From: Trichinella spiralis
Taxonomy: Eukaryota
Assembly (NCBI RefSeq): GCF_000181795.1
Contig: NW_003526940.1
Coordinates: 2,455,346 to 2,509,076, forward strand
DNA: 53,731 nt
Reading direction: 5' to 3'
Each line of letters starts with the position of its first letter. Position 1 is the first letter of the stretch. Under the pieces are notes generated by a model. That model was not told where the DNA came from. It saw nothing but the letters and a program-made list of their open reading frames with translations, and searched no databases. This document shows, one piece after another, positions 41,924 through 53,731 of this stretch. A program made the translations under genes and the position numbers.

Positions 41924-42684
41924 AACTTTTAAAAACAATTATCGAACGAGATAGTACGATGAGCTTGCTGGGCATTATAATTCGAATCATTAACTGATTT
42001 ATGTATTTTTAAGCATTTTATAAATTTTTAGTAATTTTTATTTCTTATTTCATCAGTTACAAAAGTATTTATTTATTTTTTTAAATGATAAATACAGAGT
42101 TATGGATGACATCTATAAATTGAACTTGACGATCATTAATATGCATGAATTTTACAAATATGGCGTAATATTGAGAGGAGAGGGCTTAACAAATTATAAA
42201 CTTGTTTTTGGATGTTGTTTTGTAATTGTGATGCTGTCGAGTAAAAGATTCTACTGCACCAGTTTTGTAGGATGACTTCCTTATCGTACAACTTTGCGGG
42301 TATCGCAGTATGGTTAAATAGTGAACTAATGGACGAAATCTGGTTATCTGGATAGACGCTTGATTAGCATAATCCGCAAAAATAAGCATAATCCACTGCT
42401 AGCCTGTAGATTAGATTTTCTGAGAATCAATAGTTTATTTAAATTTGATTCTCTACTATTTTGTATTTTTTAGCAGGTTTACTAGTTATTTAAAAAAACT
42501 TTTTAAAATTAATATATACAAGATATTTTGCGCTTCTGCTTTGAAGAATACGTTAAAAAACAGAAACGTAATATAAACTGAATAATGAACTTGATTATCT
42601 TTTAATTGAGATAAGGTAAAATTATAAACAAAGAGGAAGTAATCCTTAATAAGTGCAGTGGTGCTGTAGTTGGACAAAATTGAA

Positions 42685-43984
42685 ATGATTGGTTTTTATG
42701 AACTTGATTCTTTTTTAATTTGGGTTATTATTGCAATTCTTTGTATAATCACTGGGCGGTAATACTGAATTTTATTTTACATTGTTGAAGATTTTTTTAG
42801 CTTTATTTGTTTAGTTTCTATTTCAAAGGTTCTCAATTTTATGGCAAAGAAAAATGCAAAGGTAGGATTTATGTGGTTACTGGTGCGAATTCCGGTATTG
42901 GTAAAGAAATTGTTCGAGAACTGAACTATAGAGGTATTTGATAAAGAAAAGCTACTTGTATAACTAACTATATATGATCAATCATTATTTGAATGAGTAT
43001 TTTTGTTGCATTCCTTTGGTTTCATTTCAAAATTTAATGTTTTAATGTTCACATGTTGTGAATCTATCATCATCGTAGGTGTTTTTTTTTTGTAATTTAA
43101 GGTGCTGTGGTTTATATGGCTTGTCGCTCTATGGAAAAAGGATACAGTGCCATTGATGACCTGGTGAAATTGGGTTGTTCGGCGGATCGGCTTCACATTT
43201 TAGAATTAGATCAAAGCTCATTCGAATCAGTGAAAGCTTTTGTTGATAAGTTGAACAGTTTAACGAACAAACTGGATGGAATAGTATTAAATGCAGGAGT
43301 GATGTATGTACCGAGATATCAGCTGACAAAGGACGGGCATGAATACATTTGGCAGGTGAATTATTTAAGCACTGTTCTTTTGTGTGAAAGTTTGATTCCT
43401 TTGCTGGAAAAGTGCCGTGACGAGGGTCGAGTTGTGATACTTTCTTCAAATGCCCACTTGTGGATAAATGATTTGAATATTCACTCGATTGACCGCCGTA
43501 ATTATTGGAGTTCAGTTAAAGCTTATGGAAGAAGTAAACTGGCGCAAGTATATCTACTCAATACAGAAAATACAATGATAAAAATTTATTGATTGTACTT
43601 TTTAAGGTAATGTATACTGTTGCTCGTTCTGCGATGCTTCGACGTGAAGGCTATTTAGTAACGATCAACGCTTGCCATCCAGGAATTGTTAATACGCCAC
43701 TGTTTCGTCAGGTGCCAATTTTAGGCAGTTCTACTTTCCAATCTGTAATAGCACCATTTGCATGGTATTTTTTGAAAAATGCCAAAGATGGAGCCCAGAC
43801 ACCACTGTACTGTTTGCTGTCGAAAGAACTGGGCAGTGTTTCAGGAAAATATTTCTGCGAAATGAAACAAGCTGAAGTGAATCCGTTAGTGGAGAATTCT
43901 GAAGCACGCCAAGCACTCTTTGAATACAGTTTGGAAGCATGCAATTTACTCAAAGATGAAAAAGCAGTTTTGTCTGAAAATTGA
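42685..43984 (+). CDS. Short-chain dehydrogenase/reductase (retinol dehydrogenase 11-14-like), 4 exons
   Basis: N-terminal hydrophobic anchor, TGANSGIG Rossmann motif, LNAGVM, catalytic YGRSK, HPGIVNT, GAQTPLYC, SGKYF. Confidence 0.93.
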
Positions 43985-45068
43985 AATTTTCTCTTTTATG
44001 TATTTCCAGGCGTTATTTATTTCATGTAGATCTTTAATTAATAAACAAGTTTAGTTGTTTTGTGCAGTGCTATCGGATAATAATTTTTATGTACTACAGA
44101 GCATTGTTTGTTTTGAATATTTTTTAAATTTTTTAAGTAACACTTTGCATGTTTACTTTGAAAATATCGATAATCTGGAAATTCCGCTTGACAAGCGAAC
44201 ACCAGATGGCAAAGAGCTGGGTGTTACGAATTAGAATCGTCCAATTAGAAAGTGACTCAGGCATGCTTCTACTCAGGGAGTAGCATATGTTTATACGCCT
44301 TGAAATTGTTGTAGTTTATGATTAGGGAACATTCGTGCAATGCTTTGCAATTAAAAAGGAAATTGTTTAAATAAATGTTGGAACGAAAGCTATTAGTTTC
44401 CGTTTGCACCTGCATTTTTCTACTTTACTGTACTAATTGAGTTGAATTTTTTTCAAAATTCAGGCAACAGGTAATCTTATTGTTGCATTTTAAAAATTAT
44501 TTTGAAGAAAAACTATTTTTTAATCCTTAAATTTTAAAATATTCCGAAATCCATAAAATGTTCTCACTTCTCAGGAAAAGCAGATCATTGCCAATTTTTT
44601 GCACAATTATTTTACTAAAGTATGTTTTATTAATATATTTTTACCGAACTTATTTGGTATTCATTTATAAAATTAATTACAATATTTGGTTTTGTGCATA
44701 ACGTGATTGAATATGATCATATTGTTTTGTTCTATGCAACTGAAATTTTTGCTAATCGTCAGAATTTAATTTGTATAATAACATCATAAAGGAATGTTAA
44801 ACTTTTTGCAGATTAATTATTTTGTTACAAGTGAAGTGTTTAATTTGTTATCTTACAATGTCAGTTGTAAAATTTACGCTGACTATAGTTGATACTTTAT
44901 ATGTGAAAATTTGAAGTTGAAAACTTTGCAAGTTGCTCATTTGAATATGCATACATATTTATTCTAAATACATGTATATGCGCAGAGGATATTGTTTCCA
45001 TGTAAAATTTTGCATTACACTGAGCATGCAATTTAATGTGGTTTTGGTTTCAATTCAGACGTTTTCAA

Positions 45069-47136
45069 ATGAACAGTACTGGTTTACTGATTTTAACACA
45101 ACGATCATCAACGCTTAAAATTGGAATAGAATTTCTGCTTTTGAAAGCTTGCCTACACGTCAAGGATACATTGTTTATTTCGGTTCATGAAAATTTGGTC
45201 CGACAGTTGACGACTGAGAATATATGCAACTTTGTTCAACATACGTACAATGCAAGTTGTTCATTGGATAAGTCATTAGATGTCCGCTTGATGGTGGACA
45301 GTTTGAAAAGAATTGGCGACTGCAAGCGGAAGTTGAATCCCGAAACTTGCCTATTGCTCGACTGTGATCTTAGTCAGCTTGGCGATTTTTTCACCAGCAA
45401 AGAGAGATTGCATCTACCCATGCAAATGGTCATGCTTCACTTCGATAAGCAACTAGCTGACATGTCTGGTTTGTCTACGCAAATGACCACCTTCTGCTCG
45501 ATGGAGAAGTTTTCCAAAGCGCCACAAACTTTGCCCATGTACAAGCATATTGTGCTCGGAGGGACTTTCGATCGGTTGCATGATGGTCACAAATTTTTGC
45601 TGACAATTGCATTGTTGTTGACCAAAAGACAGCTAACGTGTGGAATCACATGCGGATCAATGTTGACCAGTAATATTAGGAAAGAAATACAACAACAACA
45701 GCAGCAGCAGTAGAAATCTTTGTAATCATTGATTTAATTTGATTTAGATAAATTTTTGTCAGAGCTGATTCAGCCTGTGAAAGAACGTTGTAAAATTGTT
45801 GAACAATTTTTGACTGATGTCGATCCGTCGGTTCGTTTGGACATTGTGCCAATAGAGGATTCATTCGGTCCTTCTATAGATGACGCTTCCATGGATTGTA
45901 TTGTTGGCAGTGAAGAAACTGCATCAGGCATTCTAAGGGTCAACGAAAAGAGGAAAAATAAGGTATATTTTTTTTAGAAACTATCTCTGTTTTTTAAATT
46001 ATATTTTTTAAAATAGAATTTACCAGAATTAGCTGCATATGCGGTTTCTTTGCTTCAAGTGACTCAGAAAAACGGTGGTGTTAACAAGTTGAGTTCATCT
46101 GAAGCGCGTAAACAACTCTTGGGCTCAACACTTCGTCCTTTTGAAGTTTATTTATTTATTTATTTATTGAATAATAAGTTGATTTTATCTAAAACAAATC
46201 AAACAGTTGTTTAGAAATTGAAATCAAAATCCGAGTCAAAACCTTTTATTATTGGACTCACTGGCGGTATTGCTAGTGGTAAATCGAAAATTGCCGAATA
46301 TTTAAATCACTGGGGTGCTTGTGTAATTGATTGCGACAAAATTGGCCACCAATCGTACAGTCCCAATACTGCTGTTTATGAAAAGTATTGTTTTGTTGTT
46401 TTTAATGTGAATTATCATTACAAATTATTTTAATTGCAGACTTGTAAATACATTTGGAAAACGAATTGTCAACCAATGCACTGGAGAAATTGACCGTGGC
46501 TGCCTTGGGAAAATTGTCTTTTCTAATCCTGTATAAAATTATTTATCGAATGTGAATAAATCGGTGAGAATTTCACCTGTTGTTCCAGGCAGCTTTGAAA
46601 GAACTCAACGAAATTGTATGGCCTGAAATTTTATCATTAGTCAAATTTCAATTGGATTCGATGAAGGAACGGAAGAAAATTGTAGTCATCGAAGCAGCCG
46701 TACTTATTCAAGCTGGATGGCAAAAATTTGTCGACGAAGTCTGGGCTTCTTTCATCCCTGTGGATGAAGTAGGATGCGGAATTTTTTTACAGTCTTTCTT
46801 TTTTTATTATTTCCATTCACTTTATTATAAAAAAAGTGAAAATTCAATTATGATGATGATCCTTATTTTTTTACAGGCAGTGAAACGTCTTGTCGAAAGG
46901 AACAAGCTGACCGAAGAGGATGCAAGGCGACGTTTGAATGCTCAATTGAGCAATGATGAAATTATCAAAAATTCCCACGTCGTATTCTGCTCTCTTTGGC
47001 ACTACAGTTGCACAAAAATGCAGGCATTGGACCATTTGTATTTCGATTTAAATTTTTTCCCACAAAATGAAACTGTTTTCTTATCAATTAGGTTGCAAAA
47101 GCATGGCGTGATTTGTGGCAGCGCATCGATTTGTGA
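45069..47136 (+). CDS. COASY: Bifunctional coenzyme A synthase (PPAT + dephospho-CoA kinase), multi-exon
   Basis: PPAT motifs LGGTFDRLHDGHK, GPSIDD and KLSSS; DPCK P-loop IGLTGGIASGKS; IVWPEI, EAAVLIQAGW and C-terminal QVAKAW. Confidence 0.94.
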
Positions 47137-48190
47137 TCACAGTTTTCACTCAACATGTTAAAGTTATCTTCGATTTTGATTCATTTTTTAATTAATTAGT
47201 AAGTTCATGCAACAAGATGATTTTTTTTACTTGAAACAATGCTAAATTCAGTTGTTTTATTTTTTAAATTTGAAGCAATATTTTAATGCAGTGTTCAATA
47301 ATAAGCATTGTGCTTTTCAATGTTGAATTGTACAGTACCAGATAATTAGCTTTTGTATTTTATTATACAAAACAATTTTTAATGATAATTTTTGATATTG
47401 TTACTCACTCAAATGAAATTACTTTTTAACAATTAGATTTTTCATTTCATCAGTTCTATAATGGATCATTTAGTTTATTATGTTTATTACGCATGTTTAT
47501 TCCATTCAGTAATTATTATAGTAAACATTGATTTTGTGGAAAGTACATTTAGATGAATAAATAATATTCAATTGACACTGAATAATTTTAAATAATTTAC
47601 AAAAATTAAAGCTTTTTAAAGAGCATTTATTACTTATTTCTTAAGCAGATATGCTTGTTTTTTTGTATTATAAAAATAAACAGCATAAACGTTATCAAAT
47701 AATTACACTTATTTCAGTTGATTGGCCCAATGCGCTAACAATCTTTGATGCGGGAAAAGAGAGTAAACAAGCGAAGCATTTGTTCAAATGCGGCGCTAAA
47801 TTATTTCTATTATTTGTAAAATTGGAATTCTGATTTATTAGCATGTTTGCAATTATTGCTGAAGTAGTACTGGTTGATTTGTAACTTGATTTATTTGTTA
47901 TTCGCTTTTTGTTATAGCTCTTTATGTGATTTGTTTACGACAAATCGTGGGATGTTGAATAAGTGCATTTTTCAGTCTTTGCTTCAGTATTCAATACATC
48001 AGTGCTATTTTTATTTTAACTTACAAGAATTGTGAATGATTTATTATTTATTATATGTTCAAATTGTTCATAAATAATTTTATAATAATTGAATAATTGA
48101 TTAATTTTTCAAGTGAAAACATGAAAGAGTGATAAAGAAATTTCAATGTCTTTACTTTTAAAACTTTCTTTCTACATTTTTGATGACTTA

Positions 48191-49376
48191 TTAAATCTTT
48201 TCAACTTTATAATTTCCATTTTTGAGTTCGCTTACAGCTTTGTCGATCCATGTGTAAAATACAGATACACGTGTATAGATGCCTGGATAGAACATTCTAC
48301 CGCAGCCTATGCCGAAACTTGTTATTCCAAACTGTACCCATTGTCCAGTTTTGGCTTTGCAGATTAACGGTCCGCCAGAATCACCCTGAAAATATGCTTT
48401 CAATTGTGATTTTAATTAAAAAAGAATATGTGTGTACTTGACAAGAATCTGAACTCCCGTAGCTTTTTCCAGCGCACAACATTGTAATTGGGCTGTACAG
48501 GATTCTGTTTGAAGATCTGGAGCATTCTTTATCTGACATTATTGGGCACTGTGGCCTGCTGAAACCACACTGCTTAGTTCAGCATTTTCTGAAACGTATT
48601 TAATCGCTTAAATAATTTTAATTTTATGCTAAATTAACGACCAACGAACCTGCTGGTTCCTTCCCCCACCAGATAACAATGCAATTTGTAAAAACAATCC
48701 GTTCCATTTGTAAAGTAAGTTTTAGGACCGGATGCAAACCTGGGTCGAAACAATAAGTCGGTGAATTCTCTACCTGGGTCGCGTTAAGCCAAAAGTAATT
48801 GGCAATTATCATTACGTTTAGGCATTGTTCAGGGTGAAAATGAAGAATGGATTTTCACATCTGCTACTTTTCGAACCATTTGATTCGATTCTTTAATCAA
48901 ACGATTGTGAACTCCCAGTACTACGGTTATGTTACTTTTGTCAATGAGTGTTTCACTAAATAGGAAAAATTTATTGCAAGTATTTTTTTCTAATTTCGAA
49001 ATAATACTCATTGCATACTTTGCATACAAACAGTGAGCTGCCGTTAGCACTATGTTGCTGCTGTTTTCTTCAGATTGCACTTTTAAGAGGCTTCCACCAC
49101 AAATAGTGTCTTCAGCATCATCATCAGATTTATTATCTATGTTGATCAACACTTGCCATGGCAGTGAATGTGGTCTTACTACTGAACCACGAACTATGCG
49201 CAAGCTGTATCCATTCACGACTGGTGAGTTTACACTTGTACCACAAGGAACCGTTTCGACAGTATACTGAAAAAATTGCTAAAGTTATTTGTTTAAATTA
49301 ACTTATCTTTTTTCTGATATACTAGGAAAAAGATACTGATGCAGTGAAGAATGCCTTTCAAATGCTTGGAAATCAT
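48191..49376 (-). CDS. Secreted trypsin-family (S1A) serine protease; frame disrupted at ~48660-48832 in this assembly
   Basis: Signal peptide, activation site R|IVRG, PHSLPWQV, CGGSL, LTAAHC, DSCQGDSGGPL, GITSFG, PGIYTRV. The catalytic-Asp segment carries many extra bases. Confidence 0.85.
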
Positions 49377-50810
49377 TTTTCCGTATTGTTCAACTAAGTG
49401 TGCTCCAACTAAATGTGAACTTTATTAAATGGAAATTAAACTGCACTTTTCATTTATTTAACAATTTAATTTAATTTAATAAAACTGATTGTTTATTTTT
49501 GCAAATTATTCCTAAATTTTATAGTTGCAATGTTAACATGTACTTTATTAAGTGATGATTTTTCCTTTTTTTACAATACACTGTAAAATATTCTAATTTT
49601 ATTCTTGCAATTTTTTTGTGCTTAGTTGATGTTTGCATTTTAGTTTGACACAGTTCTATTAAAATTGTGTATTTTAAAGAAAAAAAGAAATATTATTACA
49701 ATTGCATTATCTTCTTTATGCATTGTCTTTTATTTACTTTTTGACGTAAACATATTACGAATGACAGCATCTTATGTTTATTTATCATTAAACTAAATGA
49801 CTTATGATGAATTATTAAATAGTTATTAATGAATCAATGAAAATGATTTCATCACCCTTCCCTGATGAGACATTTTAAAAAACTACTACTTAATTTAAAC
49901 AAACCGTACATGACAATGGTGAAGCAGGTATAGAATTAATTAAAATATTCATTTCTAATTTATTTTTTACATTTATAATGGGCACAAAAAATCATTTTAT
50001 CAAAAATCTGTATTTCGTACATAATCGGCACTTCTTGTTTACACGCAGATCATAATGGACGTAATGTTTAAGCACATAATGTTTAAACATTTGCTTTTCA
50101 TACATCATCTTAAAAGCAGACTATTGTTTATTTCTACAACACAATGTTGGAATTTAGGTGACACTGAATATCTGATCTTTGATCCTTTGGCTTTTTTCCT
50201 TAATTTGTCAGCTCAATTCTATTTAATAAAATTTTTCAACCTGGTAGATGTTCATTACTGTTTTAATGTGAAAGCTCTGCATTTTATTAACGCTTATTGG
50301 AAAATTTAGAACAAGCAAAACGCTACTTAATTTTGAATAGCACATTGGAGATTCAGACCTAACCGGCATAGTAGAACATTGCTCTTTTGATGACAGACCA
50401 ATGTACATTACAAAAAGAGTAGTATTGTTTTCTCTTTTTCTATGAACTGCATAAATGAATTTAAGCGATTCGTTAAAATAATTTTTCACATTTTTAAAAA
50501 AATTGCAGTTATGCAGAAAAAGCAAATGATATTAGGAATTAACATTATTTCAGCTCTTCTTCCTGTATTATCAAACTTGGCTTCATTTATAATAATTTTA
50601 CATCCATTTATAAGCATCACTTTTAGAGTCATAGTGTTGCGCAAGCATGTCATTTCTGATCGAAATACGATGTAAACGATAAAACGATAGACATATACCT
50701 GATCATCTTTTAGACCTACTGTAGGCAACAGGTGGCAGAGGGATCTGCTCAGTGGAGATCCGTTGTGTTGTGCCTTGGTCGTACCTGTTATTCTGTGTTT
50801 ATTTCCGTAG

Positions 50811-50976
50811 CAATACGACAAAGATTTCACTGAGCAATTAGACAAAGAAAACCATTACGACAAAGACTTCACGGCCAAATAAAATGAAAACCAATACAAC
50901 AAAGATTTGACGGTCTAATAAAATAGCGTGGGCAAAGACCAATGAGAGAAAAGCGGGACCGAGTAAAACCACCCCT
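50811..50976. repeat. DNA-transposon (probably MULE) terminal repeat with ~39-bp subrepeats
   Basis: Reverse complement of 52071-52222; repeated unit CAATACGACAAAGATTT; terminus GGGACCGAGTAAAACCACCCC. Confidence 0.7.
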
Positions 50977-51486
50977 ACGACATTAAAATGCTGTTACGCA
51001 TAATGAAAAAACTCTGCAACATTGTAAAAAATTCATTTTATTTCTATTTAATCTAGACACAAAATAAATTGTTGACCATACAAGCATTTCTAGAAATTAT
51101 TCATATCTTAAATCGTAAAAATAAACTGAACTTATCATGAAAAAGGATTTTTTCATAAATTTTAATATTAAAAATCGAAACCATTGTCAAAGTTAGAAAA
51201 TGTAAACAGATAACTGAGGGCTGAATTTTATGAACCAAAAACTGATTTTATAAAGCAGTTGCTTATTGAGTACTGAGCGAACTACAGTAAAAAAATGATA
51301 GCAATCAGAGAAGTTGAAAAGCAACTGTTGAGAAATCTTTTCTCAATACCTGCTCATCACTATCTAAAAATCCCAGTGGCAACAAAACATTGCTCCTGGT
51401 ACGAAAACAACGGTTGCACAACGCCAGTTGCACACCTTGTTTTTCTCAATGGAAAAACAATGGAAGAGCAATTAAGCGGTGAAAAG

Positions 51487-51886
51487 GTCAGCGTCCTGTC
51501 ATATATCTGCCACAACTCCGGTGGCCAGTTGCTGAAAAAGCGTCAAAGTGAAATGTGGCTGACAGCACGCCTGTTCAGACCCCGGCTAAGCTGCACAGTC
51601 TGAGAGATTGCGCAACCAAGCCGACTTCCTAATTACTTTTCGACAATCTAGGTCACCAGACGCGGAGTGAGGTCAAGAAAAAGATATAAATACAAGTGCG
51701 GAGGGAGGAGGGAACATTAACACCAACATTAACTCCAATCACACGGAACACGCCGTCTCGAACACCGCCTGAACCGTTTCTCTTGCTATATCATTGTATT
51801 ACTCACTGTTTTATTCTGAATAAACCGATTCTTAGTCGAACCCGTTGTCACTGATATTCTATAATTAACATATACAGTCCACTACA
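51487..51886 (+). mobile_element. Solo LTR
   Basis: ~400-bp GC-richer island with TATAAAT (~51685), AATAAA (~51820) and a ..CCACTACA end, flanked by AAAAG on both sides (candidate 5-bp TSD). The 5' TG is degenerate. Confidence 0.55.
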
Positions 51887-52070
51887 AAAAGGATCCTCAA
51901 GTTCGAACTAAAGATTCTTCAACAGCAACAATAAAAGTTCTTTACAATGTGGCAAAATTCTAGAAATAACAGTACTCTGCTCTCGTCCGCAAAAATTCGA
52001 CCACAAGTTGGATTTTTCTTTTACTTACCCCTCCATGTTTTTTACAAGTGGTTGTTCTCAGGCAATTTAT

Positions 52071-52222
52071 TGGGGAGATTTTACTCGGTCCCACTTTTCT
52101 CTTATTGGTCGTTGCCCACGCTATTTTATTGGACCGTCAAATCTTTGTCGTATTGGTTTTCATTTTATTGGGCCGTAAAGTCTTTGTCGTATTGGTTTTC
52201 CTTGTCTAATTGCTCATTGATT
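52071..52222. repeat. DNA-transposon terminal repeat, probable 3' TIR of the adjacent MULE
   Basis: Starts GGGGAGATTTTACTCGGTCCC; inverted copy of 50826-50976; lies downstream of the minus-strand transposase remnant. Confidence 0.7.
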
Positions 52223-52294
52223 CAAACTCTTCAGTGTGATTAGCTGTAATATTTTTTTTATTTCATTGTTCAAATATCCATTTAGGATTACGTA

Positions 52295-52681
52295 NNNNNN
52301 NNNNNNNNNNNNNNNNNNNNNNNNNNNNNNNNNNNNNNNNNNNNNNNNNNNNNNNNNNNNNNNNNNNNNNNNNNNNNNNNNNNNNNNNNNNNNNNNNNNN
52401 NNNNNNNNNNNNNNNNNNNNNNNNNNNNNNNNNNNNNNNNNNNNNNNNNNNNNNNNNNNNNNNNNNNNNNNNNNNNNNNNNNNNNNNNNNNNNNNNNNNN
52501 NNNNNNNNNNNNNNNNNNNNNNNNNNNNNNNNNNNNNNNNNNNNNNNNNNNNNNNNNNNNNNNNNNNNNNNNNNNNNNNNNNNNNNNNNNNNNNNNNNNN
52601 NNNNNNNNNNNNNNNNNNNNNNNNNNNNNNNNNNNNNNNNNNNNNNNNNNNNNNNNNNNNNNNNNNNNNNNNNNNNNNNNN
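52295..52681. other. Assembly gap (N run)
   Basis: Continuous Ns. Confidence 1.
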
Positions 52682-52967
52682 TCCAAGGAGACATTATATC
52701 AAACGCGTTAGTAATTATTTTGGGGGTACGATACCAAAAATAAGTTAAATAGTGATTTTCATTCACTAGCTAACAGCAGCAACAAGAACGGTAATGAACA
52801 GCCAACAACAACAACAACAAAAAACAACAGTGAACGGCATTAACAAAATGGAAACAACGAAAAAGCAAGAAAGGAAATAATATAATACAGTACAATACTA
52901 TACTATATATATATAATACAATACAATACAACACAATAAAATACAATCCACCACTTGGAAGGCGGCA

Positions 52968-53488
52968 TTAAATCGGCTCCGGCGTTATATACATTAAAGC
53001 TTCTAGGAACTACTCTAGCGTTCGTCTACCGTTGGTGTATTCACCCGTATATCGTGCAAACTGTCGTTGCTTTTGAGCATAAACCTTGTTAACCCATCTT
53101 AAGTCACCAACGGTAGCATTTCCTGATAGCACTTGCTAAATCAGGGTGTCCATCACACCCTGTTCCGCTATCAGGAGCTGGAGCAGTTCATAAAACCCGT
53201 TATGACTTTTAGCCGATTTTCTGTTGAGCCGATTGTGGTTATTGGTTCTCATATTTACATTATACACATCCAAAGCGGCAGTCGCTCGTCGGTCATCCAC
53301 TCCTGCCGAAAGTATTGGAATAGAGCGGCCAAAGTACCCGTAGTGCCTGTTTCAAGCAGTCTAACACTCGTATCAATTTCCGGTACAGAAAAGAAAGCGG
53401 TGGCCAGCAGCATTCTTATCTTTCTTCTTGTTCCTTTTTCCGTTCGATATCATGTTTTCAGTCCCAGCTCACCGACTTTCCTATGTAC
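52968..53488 (-). pseudogene. MULE/Mutator-like transposase C-terminal remnant
   Basis: Manual translation gives VHRKVGELGLKT*YR..FQYFRQEW..LPLW/VYNVNMRTNNH-NRLNRK..FLEALMYITPEPI*. It has stops, a frameshift and a deletion of the LEGWH-type segment. Confidence 0.8.
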
Positions 53489-53731
53489 ATAAAGATGACA
53501 TGTCCAGATGACATGACATCCTATGTCCTATGTACATACAATGACTTTCATAAAGAAAGAAACTTTGTAAATATTAAAGTAAAATTCTTGGATTGTAAAC
53601 AAGAAAGATTTAAATAGAACACTCCCAGTAAAATCAAGAAATTAATCATGTGCTAACAATTTAGTAGTTGTCACTCCTTGGTTAAGCTAGAAAGCTGCAA
53701 CTGAACAATTTGTCAATTGTGCATTTTTCCC

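Noticed and set aside
49328..49337. U12-like GTATCTTT donor in the first exon of the protease
   Set aside because: Wrong phase; CTA|GTATAT gives the in-frame signal peptide.
50811..50920. CRISPR-like repeated units
   Set aside because: Eukaryotic context, no unique spacers or cas genes; these are transposon subterminal repeats.
52236..52766. ORFs spanning the N run
   Set aside because: Artefacts of the assembly gap.

Overview
AT-rich, intron-dense eukaryotic DNA. It is most likely a clade I nematode of the genus Trichinella; this is inferred from the ~55-70 nt introns, an lpr-1-type lipocalin and a Trichinella-type MULE transposase. Genes in order: tandem-C2 synaptotagmin-like (+), lipocalin (-), tRNA-Gly(GCC), SKI3/TTC37 (-), eRF3 (+), a candidate 52-aa spliced smORF (-), SSU72 (+), a centrosomin/CDK5RAP2-like protein with CM1- and CM2-like motifs (-), intronless TANGO6 (+), NSA2 (-), intronless RPB5 (+), an SDR (+), CoA synthase (+) and a trypsin-like protease (-). 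There are also BEL/Pao, solo-LTR and MULE remnants and one assembly gap. The most striking structure is at 40473-41377: intronless RPB5 is joined at its stop/AATAAA to the 3' half of a mature-type tRNA-Ser(GCT), then to a single LTR-like segment. The tRNA piece carries an encoded CCA, lacks one A at the m1A58 position and starts at U33, next to m3C32. This reads as a fossil of retrotransposon strong-stop DNA that ran through its tRNA primer and possibly template-switched onto RPB5 mRNA. All gene models were assembled by eye, so exon boundaries and some starts are approximate.
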